The position numbers and the translations under genes were made by a program. From Coprobacillaceae bacterium (lineage in GTDB: Bacteria > Bacillota_I > Bacilli_A > Erysipelotrichales > Coprobacillaceae), in NCBI GenBank assembly GCA_963675515.1, contig OY776328.1, positions 960,001-992,000 of the forward strand: a stretch of DNA of 32,000 nt. The letters are read 5' to 3'. How positions within the stretch are numbered: the stretch's first letter is position 1; every line of letters starts with the position of its first letter. The notes under the pieces are model-generated. The model ran no database searches. It saw only the letters and a list, made by a program, of their open reading frames with translations, and was not told the origin of the DNA. Below, in pieces: positions 8,840-16,536 of this stretch.

Positions 8840-10867
8840 ATGATTAATGCCCGGATGTTTAAAATTATTAGATTTTTGAATCAAAACAGGGAATCTAGTT
8901 ATAAAAAAATTGGTGAAAATTTGGATATCAAGGAAAGAAACGTGCGTTATGACATTGATTGCATTAACGATTCATTGAGTTTAAAAGGATTGCCAGAAAT
9001 AGAAAAACATTCAAAGGGAAGATTGATTGTTCCTGGAAACTTAGATTTAAGCATGATAATAGAAGATGAGGAATTCATTTTCTCATCGGATGAAAGAACC
9101 AAATTGATCAGATTTATAGTAATGTTTGATGTGCATAACCTCAACATCAAAAAATTGAGTGAAGAGCTTCAGGTGTCACGCCGCTCGATCCAAAATGATC
9201 TCGATCTCATCGTGGCCGAATTGGAGAACAGCGGTATGTCACTGGTTTATAACCGTCATTTCCATCTGATTGAAAATGAAAATATCGGCTACTCAATAAG
9301 AGTGAACGTACTAAAGAAATTCATATACATTTTGGGGAAACCATCTCAGGAATGCAACGATTTTGAACTGGAACTTATGGCCATTTTTTCAGGGGCGTTC
9401 CAGCTTGATATCCGCAAGATCTATGACTGGGTCAATGATAAGATTAAAAGAATGAGTTGGACTTTCAGCGATGATTCTTTTGACTGGTACGTAGCGAATA
9501 TACTGACAGTGTGTTGGTACATTATCAAAGATAAGCCGGTGCCGGTGTCAATGAAGGATACGGATATTAACGATTATTCCCTGTTGGAATTGGAAACTAT
9601 AATAGACAAGGAGTTTACAGTTGAGCAAAAGAGGCTGATACTTAGCTTTTCAAGCTATACAAACAAGTATAATGAAGTAGATATCAACCTTGATTTGATC
9701 ATGACCGAGGATATAATCATTCAACTAATCACTCTGATGTCTGATGAACTTGGTGTCCTCTTTCTCAGGGACATGATTTTGATCAAGGGGTTATTGAACC
9801 ATGTTGCGCCAATGTTGGAGCGGATCAAGAATAACATATCAGTTTATGAAATACCGGAGACTGTCATACCTCAAAATTATCAATATGTTTACGATGTGTT
9901 GAAAAAAACAGTCTCAAACATTCCTGTGTTGCAGGAAGTGAGCCAAGAAGAGTTGCTCTACTTATGTATCCATTTTATCGCAAGTATCCAAAGACTGCGA
10001 TCTAACGAGTACAAAAACGTCTTGCTGATTTGCGGCCTGGGATTTGGAGCGACAGCACTTTTGAAAGATACTCTGCGCAATGAATACCAGGTTCAAATAA
10101 TCGACAGTATCCCCGCCTATGATCTGGATAATTATGACAAATGGGAACAAATAGATTTAGTTATTTCGACATCAAAGATTAACCTCCCATATGAAAAGCC
10201 TTTAGTTGTTGTCAATGTCATTTTTACTCCAGAAGATCATAGCCAATTGGAAAAGGCGGGGATTACAAAAAAGAATGTTCTCACGAATTATATCGCTATC
10301 GAAAAAAGATTGAATTTTTTGAATAGCGTTGAGCGAGAAAAGGTACTTGGCATCATCAAAGAGGAATTAGGATACAAGGACGTCAGAATTCCAAAGAAGT
10401 ATTACAATGTAAGTGACTTGCTTGGGCAAAATTGTATTAGCTACGTCGAGTCTTTTGACAAATGGGAAGATTCAGTAAAATTAGCCACAGACATGCTGGA
10501 GCAATATGGATTCATCGATCATGAATACTATGAAGATTTGATGTCATCAATCCAGCGCACCGGATTTTATTCTGTCACTGACGGGATGTTCGCATTGTTT
10601 CACAGTGGCAATACCAGTTCGGTAAAAATGAGTGCAATGAGTCTTATAGTTACAAAGGAGCCGGTAAAATTTGATCAAAAACAGGTGAAAGTGATTTTCT
10701 GTCTGGCAAGCAAGGACAAGAAGGAGCATATACCGGCAATAGTCAAATTGATGAGGATGGTCCACGATGCCAAGCTTATTGAAAGACTGGAATCGTGTCA
10801 AAATGAAGAAGAAATTGTAAAAGTAATGAATGAATGTGAAGCAGAAATATTAATGCAATACATATAA
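8840..10867 (+). CDS. PRD-domain transcriptional regulator of MtlR/LicR/ManR architecture (HTH - PRD - EIIB-like - EIIA-like)
   Basis: N-terminal winged-helix repeats (FKIIRFLNQNRESSYKKIGENLDIKERNVRYDI; LSEELQVSRRSIQNDLD). EIIB(Gat)-like VLLICGLGFGATALLKDTL. C-terminal EIIA-2-like MFALFHSGN...KVIFCLASKD. No AAA+ domain is present, so it is not LevR-type. Confidence 0.85.
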   Translation: MINARMFKIIRFLNQNRESSYKKIGENLDIKERNVRYDIDCINDSLSLKGLPEIEKHSKGRLIVPGNLDLSMIIEDEEFIFSSDERTKLIRFIVMFDVHNLNIKKLSEELQVSRRSIQNDLDLIVAELENSGMSLVYNRHFHLIENENIGYSIRVNVLKKFIYILGKPSQECNDFELELMAIFSGAFQLDIRKIYDWVNDKIKRMSWTFSDDSFDWYVANILTVCWYIIKDKPVPVSMKDTDINDYSLLELETIIDKEFTVEQKRLILSFSSYTNKYNEVDINLDLIMTEDIIIQLITLMSDELGVLFLRDMILIKGLLNHVAPMLERIKNNISVYEIPETVIPQNYQYVYDVLKKTVSNIPVLQEVSQEELLYLCIHFIASIQRLRSNEYKNVLLICGLGFGATALLKDTLRNEYQVQIIDSIPAYDLDNYDKWEQIDLVISTSKINLPYEKPLVVVNVIFTPEDHSQLEKAGITKKNVLTNYIAIEKRLNFLNSVEREKVLGIIKEELGYKDVRIPKKYYNVSDLLGQNCISYVESFDKWEDSVKLATDMLEQYGFIDHEYYEDLMSSIQRTGFYSVTDGMFALFHSGNTSSVKMSAMSLIVTKEPVKFDQKQVKVIFCLASKDKKEHIPAIVKLMRMVHDAKLIERLESCQNEEEIVKVMNECEAEILMQYI

Positions 10868-10884
10868 GATAAGAGGAGAACAAC

Positions 10885-11541
10885 GTGAGATTTTTTCTAG
10901 ATACAGCAAACATTGCTGAAATAAAAGAAGCCAATGATATGGGAGTTATTTGTGGTGTGACCACAAACCCTTCAATAATTGCCAAAGAAGGCAGAGATTT
11001 TAAAGAAGTGATCAGTGAAATTGCTTCAATTGTAGATGGGGCCATCAGCGGTGAGGTTAAAGCGACTACTGTTGATGCAAAATCGATGGTAGAAGAAGGA
11101 CGAGAAATTGCCAAAATCCACAAAAATATGGTGGTAAAGCTTCCAACAACAACTGAAGGGTTGAAAGCCTGTAAAGTATTGACCGCCGAAGGAATAAAGA
11201 CTAATATGACTCTGATCTTCAGCGTGCCCCAAGCGTTACTTGCTGCAAGAGCCGGAGCAACATATGTATCACCATTTATCGGAAGAATCGATGATATTTC
11301 CATGGACGGCTTGCAACTTGTCCGAGATATCGCAGAAATTTTCAAAATTCATGGAATTGAATCACAAATAATTTCAGCTAGCGTAAGAAATGCCATCCAT
11401 GTGATCGAATGTGCCAAAGCTGGAGCAGACCTGGCAACTGTTCCGTACAGTGTTATAGTTCAAATGATGAAACACCCTTTGACTGACCAGGGAATTGAAA
11501 AATTTCAAAAAGATTATTTAGCTGTTTTTGGAGATAAATAG
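10885..11541 (+). CDS. tal: Short-type transaldolase (TalC/MipB/Fsa family; pipelines often label it fructose-6-phosphate aldolase)
   Basis: [30 protein letters not shown] (Schiff-base Lys85)..[19 protein letters not shown]. Residues Glu57 and Phe131 are of transaldolase type rather than FSA type (Gln59/Tyr131). GTG start with AGAGGAGAA upstream. Confidence 0.9.
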   Translation: MRFFLDTANIAEIKEANDMGVICGVTTNPSIIAKEGRDFKEVISEIASIVDGAISGEVKATTVDAKSMVEEGREIAKIHKNMVVKLPTTTEGLKACKVLTAEGIKTNMTLIFSVPQALLAARAGATYVSPFIGRIDDISMDGLQLVRDIAEIFKIHGIESQIISASVRNAIHVIECAKAGADLATVPYSVIVQMMKHPLTDQGIEKFQKDYLAVFGDK

Positions 11542-11577
11542 TGAGATAAATTCTCACTATTTTATTAAGGAATTATT

Positions 11578-13551
11578 ATGAAAGATATGAATAGAAAAAC
11601 AATAAGTACATTACGCGCCCTTTGTGCCGATATGGTTGAAAAAGCGAACTCCGGTCACCCTGGGTTGCCATTAGGTGCGGCACCGATGGCATATGCTTTA
11701 TGGGGAGGCGAAATGAAGCATACGTCAAACCATAAGGATTGGATCAACAGGGATCGCTTCATCCTTTCTGGTGGTCATGGATCGAGTCTGTTGTACGGCT
11801 TGCTCCATTTATATAATTATGATATGGAAATTGAGGATTTGAAGCAGTTCCGCCAGCTTGACTCGAAAACACCTGGGCACCCGGAATACGGTCATACGGT
11901 CGGTGTTGAGGCTACGACCGGGCCACTGGGTGCCGGAATGGCAATGGCAGTGGGAATGGCGATTGCCCAAGAACATCTGGCAACTGTATTCAACAAACCT
12001 AATTACCCTGTCTTCGACCATTACACATATGTCTTGGGTGGCGATGGGTGTTTCATGGAGGGCATTTCTTCGGAGGCCTTTTCATTGGCAGGTACCCTGA
12101 AACTCGAAAAGCTGATTGTCTTGTATGACTCAAACAATATATCGATAGAAGGAAGCACCGATATCGCATTCACGGAAAATGTGCAAAAAAGAATGGAAGC
12201 GTTCGGGTTTGACATCTTCTCCGTTGAAGATGGGGATGACTTGGATGAGATTGTGAATGCGATTCAAATGGCCAAAAAGAAAAACGGTAAACCTTCATTT
12301 ATTGAAGTCAAGACAAAAATCGGTAAGGGTTGCCCGGGAAAAGAAGGGCAAGCATGTGCCCACGGCGAACCGCTTGGAGAAGAAAATGTTAGAGAGCTAA
12401 AACGCAATTTGGGACTTCCTGAAAACGAACATTTTATGGTAGATGAAGATGTGTATACGTTTGTAAATGACCAGATTAAAAATTCAGATATGGCTTTTGA
12501 CGAATGGAACAATATGTTCAATGACTATTTTGAGAAATACCCTGAGATGAGAGCTGTTTACAACGATTACTTCAATGTGAATTACCAGGAAGTGCTTGAC
12601 GGAGATGAAAGCTTCTGGGACTTTGACCAAAAAGAAAACGCTACTAGAAATCTGTCTGGAATCGCTATGAACAAGCTTAAAGACATGTTCCCAAATTTCA
12701 TGGGTGGTTCGGCTGACCTTGCTCCTTCTACGAAAACGTACTTGAATGATGCCGGTGATTTTTCTTGCGATGACTATAGTGGCCGCAATATGCACTACGG
12801 TGTTAGGGAATTGGCGATGGCAGCAATCGGCAACGGCATCATGCTCCACGGTGGACTCAAGACATTCGTTGCGACATTCTTTGTATTCAGTGACTATGTC
12901 AAACCGATGGCTCGGCTGTCTGCTTTGATGAATTTGCCACTGACATACGTGCTTACCCATGATAGCATCGGTGTTGGTGAGGATGGTCCGACTCACGAAC
13001 CTGTCGAACAGTTGACAATGCTAAGAGCGATGCCAAATTTCAATGTCTTCAGACCGTGCGATGCCATGGAAACCAACGTTGCCTGGTACGCGGCAATGAC
13101 TTCGCAATCGACTCCAACAGCCCTGGTGCTATCACGGCAAAACCTGCCACAGATCAGCGGATCGAGCAAGGATGCCTTAAAAGGAGGATATGTAATTGAT
13201 GACTGTGAGGGCGTTCCCGATGTCATTTTGATTGCATCAGGTTCGGAAGTATCCCTTGCAATTGAAGCAAAAAGACAGATCACCGATGAGAATATCCGGG
13301 TAGTCTCAATGCCATGTATGGATATTTTCATGGGGCAAAGCAGAGCTTACCAGGAATCAGTCATCCCAAGCGGAGTAACTAAACGGGTTGTGATCGAAGC
13401 AGGATCACGCTTGTCATGGGGATGGATTGCCGGATTGGATGGCAAATATGTGACTATGGATAGTTTTGGTGCATCGGCACCCGCTAATCAATTGTTCGAG
13501 AAATTCGGATTCACCGTGGATAACCTTGTAAGTAAAATCAAAGAATTATAA
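11578..13551 (+). CDS. tkt: Transketolase
   Basis: 657 aa. SGHPG, ThDP motif GDGCFMEGISSEA, NNISIEG, THDSIGVGEDGPTHEPVEQL. Confidence 0.95.
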   Translation: MKDMNRKTISTLRALCADMVEKANSGHPGLPLGAAPMAYALWGGEMKHTSNHKDWINRDRFILSGGHGSSLLYGLLHLYNYDMEIEDLKQFRQLDSKTPGHPEYGHTVGVEATTGPLGAGMAMAVGMAIAQEHLATVFNKPNYPVFDHYTYVLGGDGCFMEGISSEAFSLAGTLKLEKLIVLYDSNNISIEGSTDIAFTENVQKRMEAFGFDIFSVEDGDDLDEIVNAIQMAKKKNGKPSFIEVKTKIGKGCPGKEGQACAHGEPLGEENVRELKRNLGLPENEHFMVDEDVYTFVNDQIKNSDMAFDEWNNMFNDYFEKYPEMRAVYNDYFNVNYQEVLDGDESFWDFDQKENATRNLSGIAMNKLKDMFPNFMGGSADLAPSTKTYLNDAGDFSCDDYSGRNMHYGVRELAMAAIGNGIMLHGGLKTFVATFFVFSDYVKPMARLSALMNLPLTYVLTHDSIGVGEDGPTHEPVEQLTMLRAMPNFNVFRPCDAMETNVAWYAAMTSQSTPTALVLSRQNLPQISGSSKDALKGGYVIDDCEGVPDVILIASGSEVSLAIEAKRQITDENIRVVSMPCMDIFMGQSRAYQESVIPSGVTKRVVIEAGSRLSWGWIAGLDGKYVTMDSFGASAPANQLFEKFGFTVDNLVSKIKEL

Positions 13552-13561
13552 GACGGTACTT

Positions 13562-14251
13562 ATGAAATTTTATTTTGACGTTGATGACACATTATATGAC
13601 CAGTACATTCCTTTTAAACGAGCATATGATAAGGTATTCAACGAAATAAAAGAAGTGCCCTTAAAAGAACTGTATAAGAAATTCAGGTTCCATAGTGATG
13701 AAGTTTTTGAACAGAGTGAAAAGGGCGAAATATCAATGCGGAATATGCATATTTATCGCATAGTGACTGCATTTGTGGATTTTGGAATCATAATCGGGGA
13801 ATACGCTGCGATAAAATTTCAGGAAATATATCAAGAATACCAGAGAGATATTATGATGAGCGGTACAATGAGACACATATTGGATTTGCTTGTGTCTAAT
13901 GACATTGAGATTGGTATTATTACGAACGGTCCATTTGAGCACCAACGAAACAAACTTGATACTTTAAATGCGTATGATTGGTTCAAATGTGAGAATATCT
14001 ACATTTCATCGAGTGTCGGGATAGCCAAGCCTAATGTGGGAATTTTTAAGATGGCGGGGCTTGGCACAGATTGCTTCTTTGTGGGCGATTCGTATTTTAA
14101 TGATGTTCTTGGCGCGAAGAATGCGAGCTGCAAATGCATCTGGCTCAACAGAAAGAACGAAATCGCGCAAGAAGTCAGACCGGATTATGAGGCTGCAGAT
14201 GAGATGGAATTGATGGCAATTATCAAGAGTATATTGTCCCAAAGGGACTGA
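13562..14251 (+). CDS. HAD family hydrolase (putative phosphatase)
   Basis: Motif I YFDVDDTLYD, motif II IITNG, motifs III/IV KPNVGIF and FVGDSYFNDVLGA. Confidence 0.8.
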   Translation: MKFYFDVDDTLYDQYIPFKRAYDKVFNEIKEVPLKELYKKFRFHSDEVFEQSEKGEISMRNMHIYRIVTAFVDFGIIIGEYAAIKFQEIYQEYQRDIMMSGTMRHILDLLVSNDIEIGIITNGPFEHQRNKLDTLNAYDWFKCENIYISSSVGIAKPNVGIFKMAGLGTDCFFVGDSYFNDVLGAKNASCKCIWLNRKNEIAQEVRPDYEAADEMELMAIIKSILSQRD

Positions 14252-14281
14252 TACGGATTGGTCAAATGCGGATAACTATTG

Positions 14282-14307
14282 AAAAGGGATAAGTCATCCC
14301 TTTTTTT
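14282..14307 (+). terminator. Hairpin plus T-run between the HAD and oxidoreductase genes (terminator or partial attenuator)
   Basis: AAGGGAT (14284-14290) / ATCCCTT (14296-14302) with a 5-nt loop, then T7 (14301-14307). The next gene's RBS GGGAGGAG follows immediately. Confidence 0.55.
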
Positions 14308-14322
14308 GGTGGGAGGAGTAAA

Positions 14323-15258
14323 ATGAGAATTGGAATATTAGGGTCGGGAACTATTGTGAAGGAGTTTCTTTCCATTGTTCATGAGTTGCCTGAAGTCAAG
14401 GTTGTTGCTATTATCGGCCTTGCAAAATCTATCGAGAAGTTGAATGGATTAAAGACAAAGTATGAAATTGGCAAAGTCTATGTCGATTATGATGAGGCTC
14501 TAGGTGATGATGATATTGACTTCATTTACGTGGCGCTGCCAAACAACTTGCACTACTGGGGTGTGAAAAAAGCGTTGATGGCAAACAAAAATGTCATTTG
14601 TGAGAAACCGTTCATGAGTGATCTGGAACAGACAAATGAAGTAATTTCTCTTGCCAAAGAAAATAATCTCTATCTGTTTGAGGCAATCACGAATCAATTC
14701 TTGCCCAATTATCGTGTTATAAAAAATCGGATTGGTGAAATAGGTCAAGTCAAGATAGTGCAATGCAACTTCACCCATTATTCATCAAAATATGAAAAAT
14801 TCAAAAACGGCATTATCCACCCTGCTTTTGATCATAAATGTTCGGGCGGGGCCTTGATGGATCTCAATGTTTACAATATATATTTTGTGATCGGCATTTT
14901 TGGCGCCCCTTCAAAATTCCAGTATTATCCCAACATTAATAAGAATATTGACACTTCTGGAATTTTGGTTCTGGAATACGATGGCTTCCATGCAGTCTGC
15001 ATCGGGTCAAAGGATTCTCAATCGGAATCGTCATCTTATATACAAGGGGAAACTGGATTCATAAAGGTGGATGGCCCTGCCAATTCATGTTGCCGTGTGC
15101 ATATATGCGATGAATCGTATGTTGATGACACACATAGAATGTACTACGAATTCAAGGAGTTCGAACGGATATATTCCAAAAAGGACTATAAGGCGATGCA
15201 TAATATGTTGGACCTTTCTAGGATTGTAATGGAGGTGCTGTCAAAATCTAAAATATAA
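14323..15258 (+). CDS. Gfo/Idh/MocA family NAD(P)-dependent oxidoreductase
   Basis: N-terminal Rossmann MRIGILGSGTIVKEF and VICEKP, the family EKP motif. About 310 aa. Confidence 0.85.
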   Translation: MRIGILGSGTIVKEFLSIVHELPEVKVVAIIGLAKSIEKLNGLKTKYEIGKVYVDYDEALGDDDIDFIYVALPNNLHYWGVKKALMANKNVICEKPFMSDLEQTNEVISLAKENNLYLFEAITNQFLPNYRVIKNRIGEIGQVKIVQCNFTHYSSKYEKFKNGIIHPAFDHKCSGGALMDLNVYNIYFVIGIFGAPSKFQYYPNINKNIDTSGILVLEYDGFHAVCIGSKDSQSESSSYIQGETGFIKVDGPANSCCRVHICDESYVDDTHRMYYEFKEFERIYSKKDYKAMHNMLDLSRIVMEVLSKSKI

Positions 15259-15266
15259 AAGAGCAT

Positions 15267-15316
15267 AAAAAACTGCAGCAGGGTTTAAGCTAGATTCTCC
15301 TGCTGCAGTTTTTTTT
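15267..15316. terminator. Strong bidirectional rho-independent terminator between convergent genes
   Basis: Perfect 10-bp stem CTGCAGCAGG (15273-15282) / CCTGCTGCAG (15299-15308), T8 downstream (15309-15316) and an A-run upstream. Confidence 0.85.
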
Positions 15317-15326
15317 GTATAAGTGT

Positions 15327-15644
15327 TCAAATATTAAGCAAGTTCCAGGCAAAGTTGAATACCTTTTCCCCTTGGAGCGTCGCATAATCATGGGAATCGA
15401 TTGATGCGATCGGAATGTCAGGCCTCGGTCCGTTCTTTACTGTCTTTTCAATCTTGGCTAAAAGAAAGCTCAATGACGGTTCGATCAAAATCAGATCGGC
15501 CTGGACTATATCATCATCGAACTGGGAATAGCGCACCGGAATCATCCGGATTGTGACATCATGTGCCTGGGCAAATGGTTCCATCTTTTTTATCAGAAGG
15601 CCCACTGTCATGCAGTAGGCACATACTACCGCGATTGTTTTCAT
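15327..15644 (-). CDS. PTS EIIB-like protein, lactose/cellobiose family, with a divergent P-loop (orphan)
   Basis: Colinear with LicB/ChbB-type EIIB: MKTIAVVCAYCMTVGLLIKKM ... ADLILIEP ... IPIASIDSHDYATLQGEKV. The start is taken at the ATG at 15644 (GAAGGAGAA 4 nt upstream) rather than the track start at 15668. Confidence 0.7.
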   Translation of the reverse strand: MKTIAVVCAYCMTVGLLIKKMEPFAQAHDVTIRMIPVRYSQFDDDIVQADLILIEPSLSFLLAKIEKTVKNGPRPDIPIASIDSHDYATLQGEKVFNFAWNLLNI

Positions 15645-15709
15645 CTCGTTCTCCTTCATTGGCGTCATCAGCCGATCTTAAGAATTATCTAATGGTTGTT
15701 TACAACCAA

Positions 15710-15738
15710 ATCGTATCGCCAAAATCGAACGATGTCAA
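15710..15738 (-). promoter_or_regulatory. Candidate sigma-A promoter for the orphan EIIB gene
   Basis: Minus strand TTGACA (15733-15738), 17 nt, TACGAT (15710-15715). Confidence 0.3.
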
Positions 15739-15797
15739 CTGCATCGGGTATAAATAATCGCAAATGTCAAATCACGCTTATCTTTATTGCGGCTATT

Positions 15798-15829
15798 AAA
15801 AACACCCTGGCTTTGTGATTGCCAAGGTG
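15798..15829 (-). terminator. Rho-independent terminator downstream of padR
   Basis: Minus-strand stem CACCTTGG / CCAGGGTG (one G-U pair), plus coordinates 15822-15829 / 15803-15810, followed by T5 (A-run 15798-15802 on plus). Confidence 0.6.
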
Positions 15830-15846
15830 CGTGGATTTGAGAGTTA

Positions 15847-16401
15847 TTATGATTTGTCTTTGATGCCCGCTTCAATATAACCGATGCATTGGTCGATCCA
15901 GGCAATGATGTTTTCCTGTCTCATGATGGCTCCCTTGAGGACGACGAAGTCACCGAAGCGGTCCGAGTAAAGATCCGGGACTTCGGGGTATTGTTCTGAT
16001 GTCTTGACCAGGGTGTTGAGCCTTTTTAGATGCTGCTGGCGCTGGTTTTCCAGCAGATGGATCCGGGTCTTGGGATCAAGGTTGTTCGAGAAGTACATCC
16101 GCAGCCTGAAGATGTCCTTCTGGGTCTTGGGAATCTTCTCGTCCTTGTGGAGCCATTGGGTGAATTCGAGTTCTCCCTGTTTGGTGATCGAGTAGCGTTT
16201 GGCTTCGAGGATGTCGCCGCTGATTTCGATATCGTAAGTTACCAGCCCCTCATCGTTGAGCTTCTTAAGCTCGGGGTAGATCTGGCTGTGGCTGGCATGC
16301 CAAAATTCGGCCAGTTCGAAGTTGAATTCCTTGGCTAGTTCATAGCCGGTCATCGGTCTTTTTATAAGCAAGCCAAGGATGGCATATTTGAGTACTCGCA
16401 T
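15847..16401 (-). CDS. PadR family transcriptional regulator (long, two-domain type)
   Basis: LKYAILGLLIKRPMTGYELAKEF...WHASHSQIYPELKKLNDEGLV is the PadR winged-helix signature. 184 aa with a C-terminal dimerisation domain. RBS AGGAG. Confidence 0.9.
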   Translation of the reverse strand: MRVLKYAILGLLIKRPMTGYELAKEFNFELAEFWHASHSQIYPELKKLNDEGLVTYDIEISGDILEAKRYSITKQGELEFTQWLHKDEKIPKTQKDIFRLRMYFSNNLDPKTRIHLLENQRQQHLKRLNTLVKTSEQYPEVPDLYSDRFGDFVVLKGAIMRQENIIAWIDQCIGYIEAGIKDKS

Positions 16402-16433
16402 AATATTTCTCCTGATTCCGTTAAGTTAATCAT

Positions 16434-16462
16434 ATAATAGTCGATTCAAAAATTAAAATCAA
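16434..16462 (-). promoter_or_regulatory. Candidate padR promoter
   Basis: Minus strand TTGATT (16457-16462), 17 nt, TATTAT (16434-16439). It abuts the PadR box. Confidence 0.5.
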
Positions 16463-16481
16463 CATGTAAATATTGACATGT
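16462..16481. promoter_or_regulatory. PadR-type operator ACATGT-N8-ACATGT (core ATGT-N8-ACAT)
   Basis: ACATGTaaatattgACATGT. The core ATGT (16464-16467), 8 nt, ACAT (16476-16479) equals the dyad described for PadR phenolic-acid regulators. It overlaps the -35 hexamer of the divergent operon. Confidence 0.65.
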
Positions 16482-16501
16482 ATGATTATTCGTGGTATAA
16501 C
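16473..16501 (+). promoter_or_regulatory. Sigma-A promoter of the MFS / enoate-reductase operon
   Basis: TTGACA (16473-16478), 17 nt, TATAAC (16496-16501), 36 nt upstream of the ATG at 16537. Confidence 0.6.
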
Positions 16502-16536
16502 TTTGTTATATTTTTAACAAACTTGGAGGAAGAGAA

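Noticed and set aside
10776-11345. 189-aa antisense ORF overlapping the transaldolase gene
   Set aside because: It lies fully inside a gene with an unmistakable family signature on the other strand. It has no RBS, and its composition (Ser/Ile/Ala-rich) is typical of a shadow frame.
12484-12996. 170-aa antisense ORF inside transketolase, plus other short ORFs at 11809-13331
   Set aside because: These are shadow ORFs of a highly conserved 657-aa gene, with no recognisable motifs.
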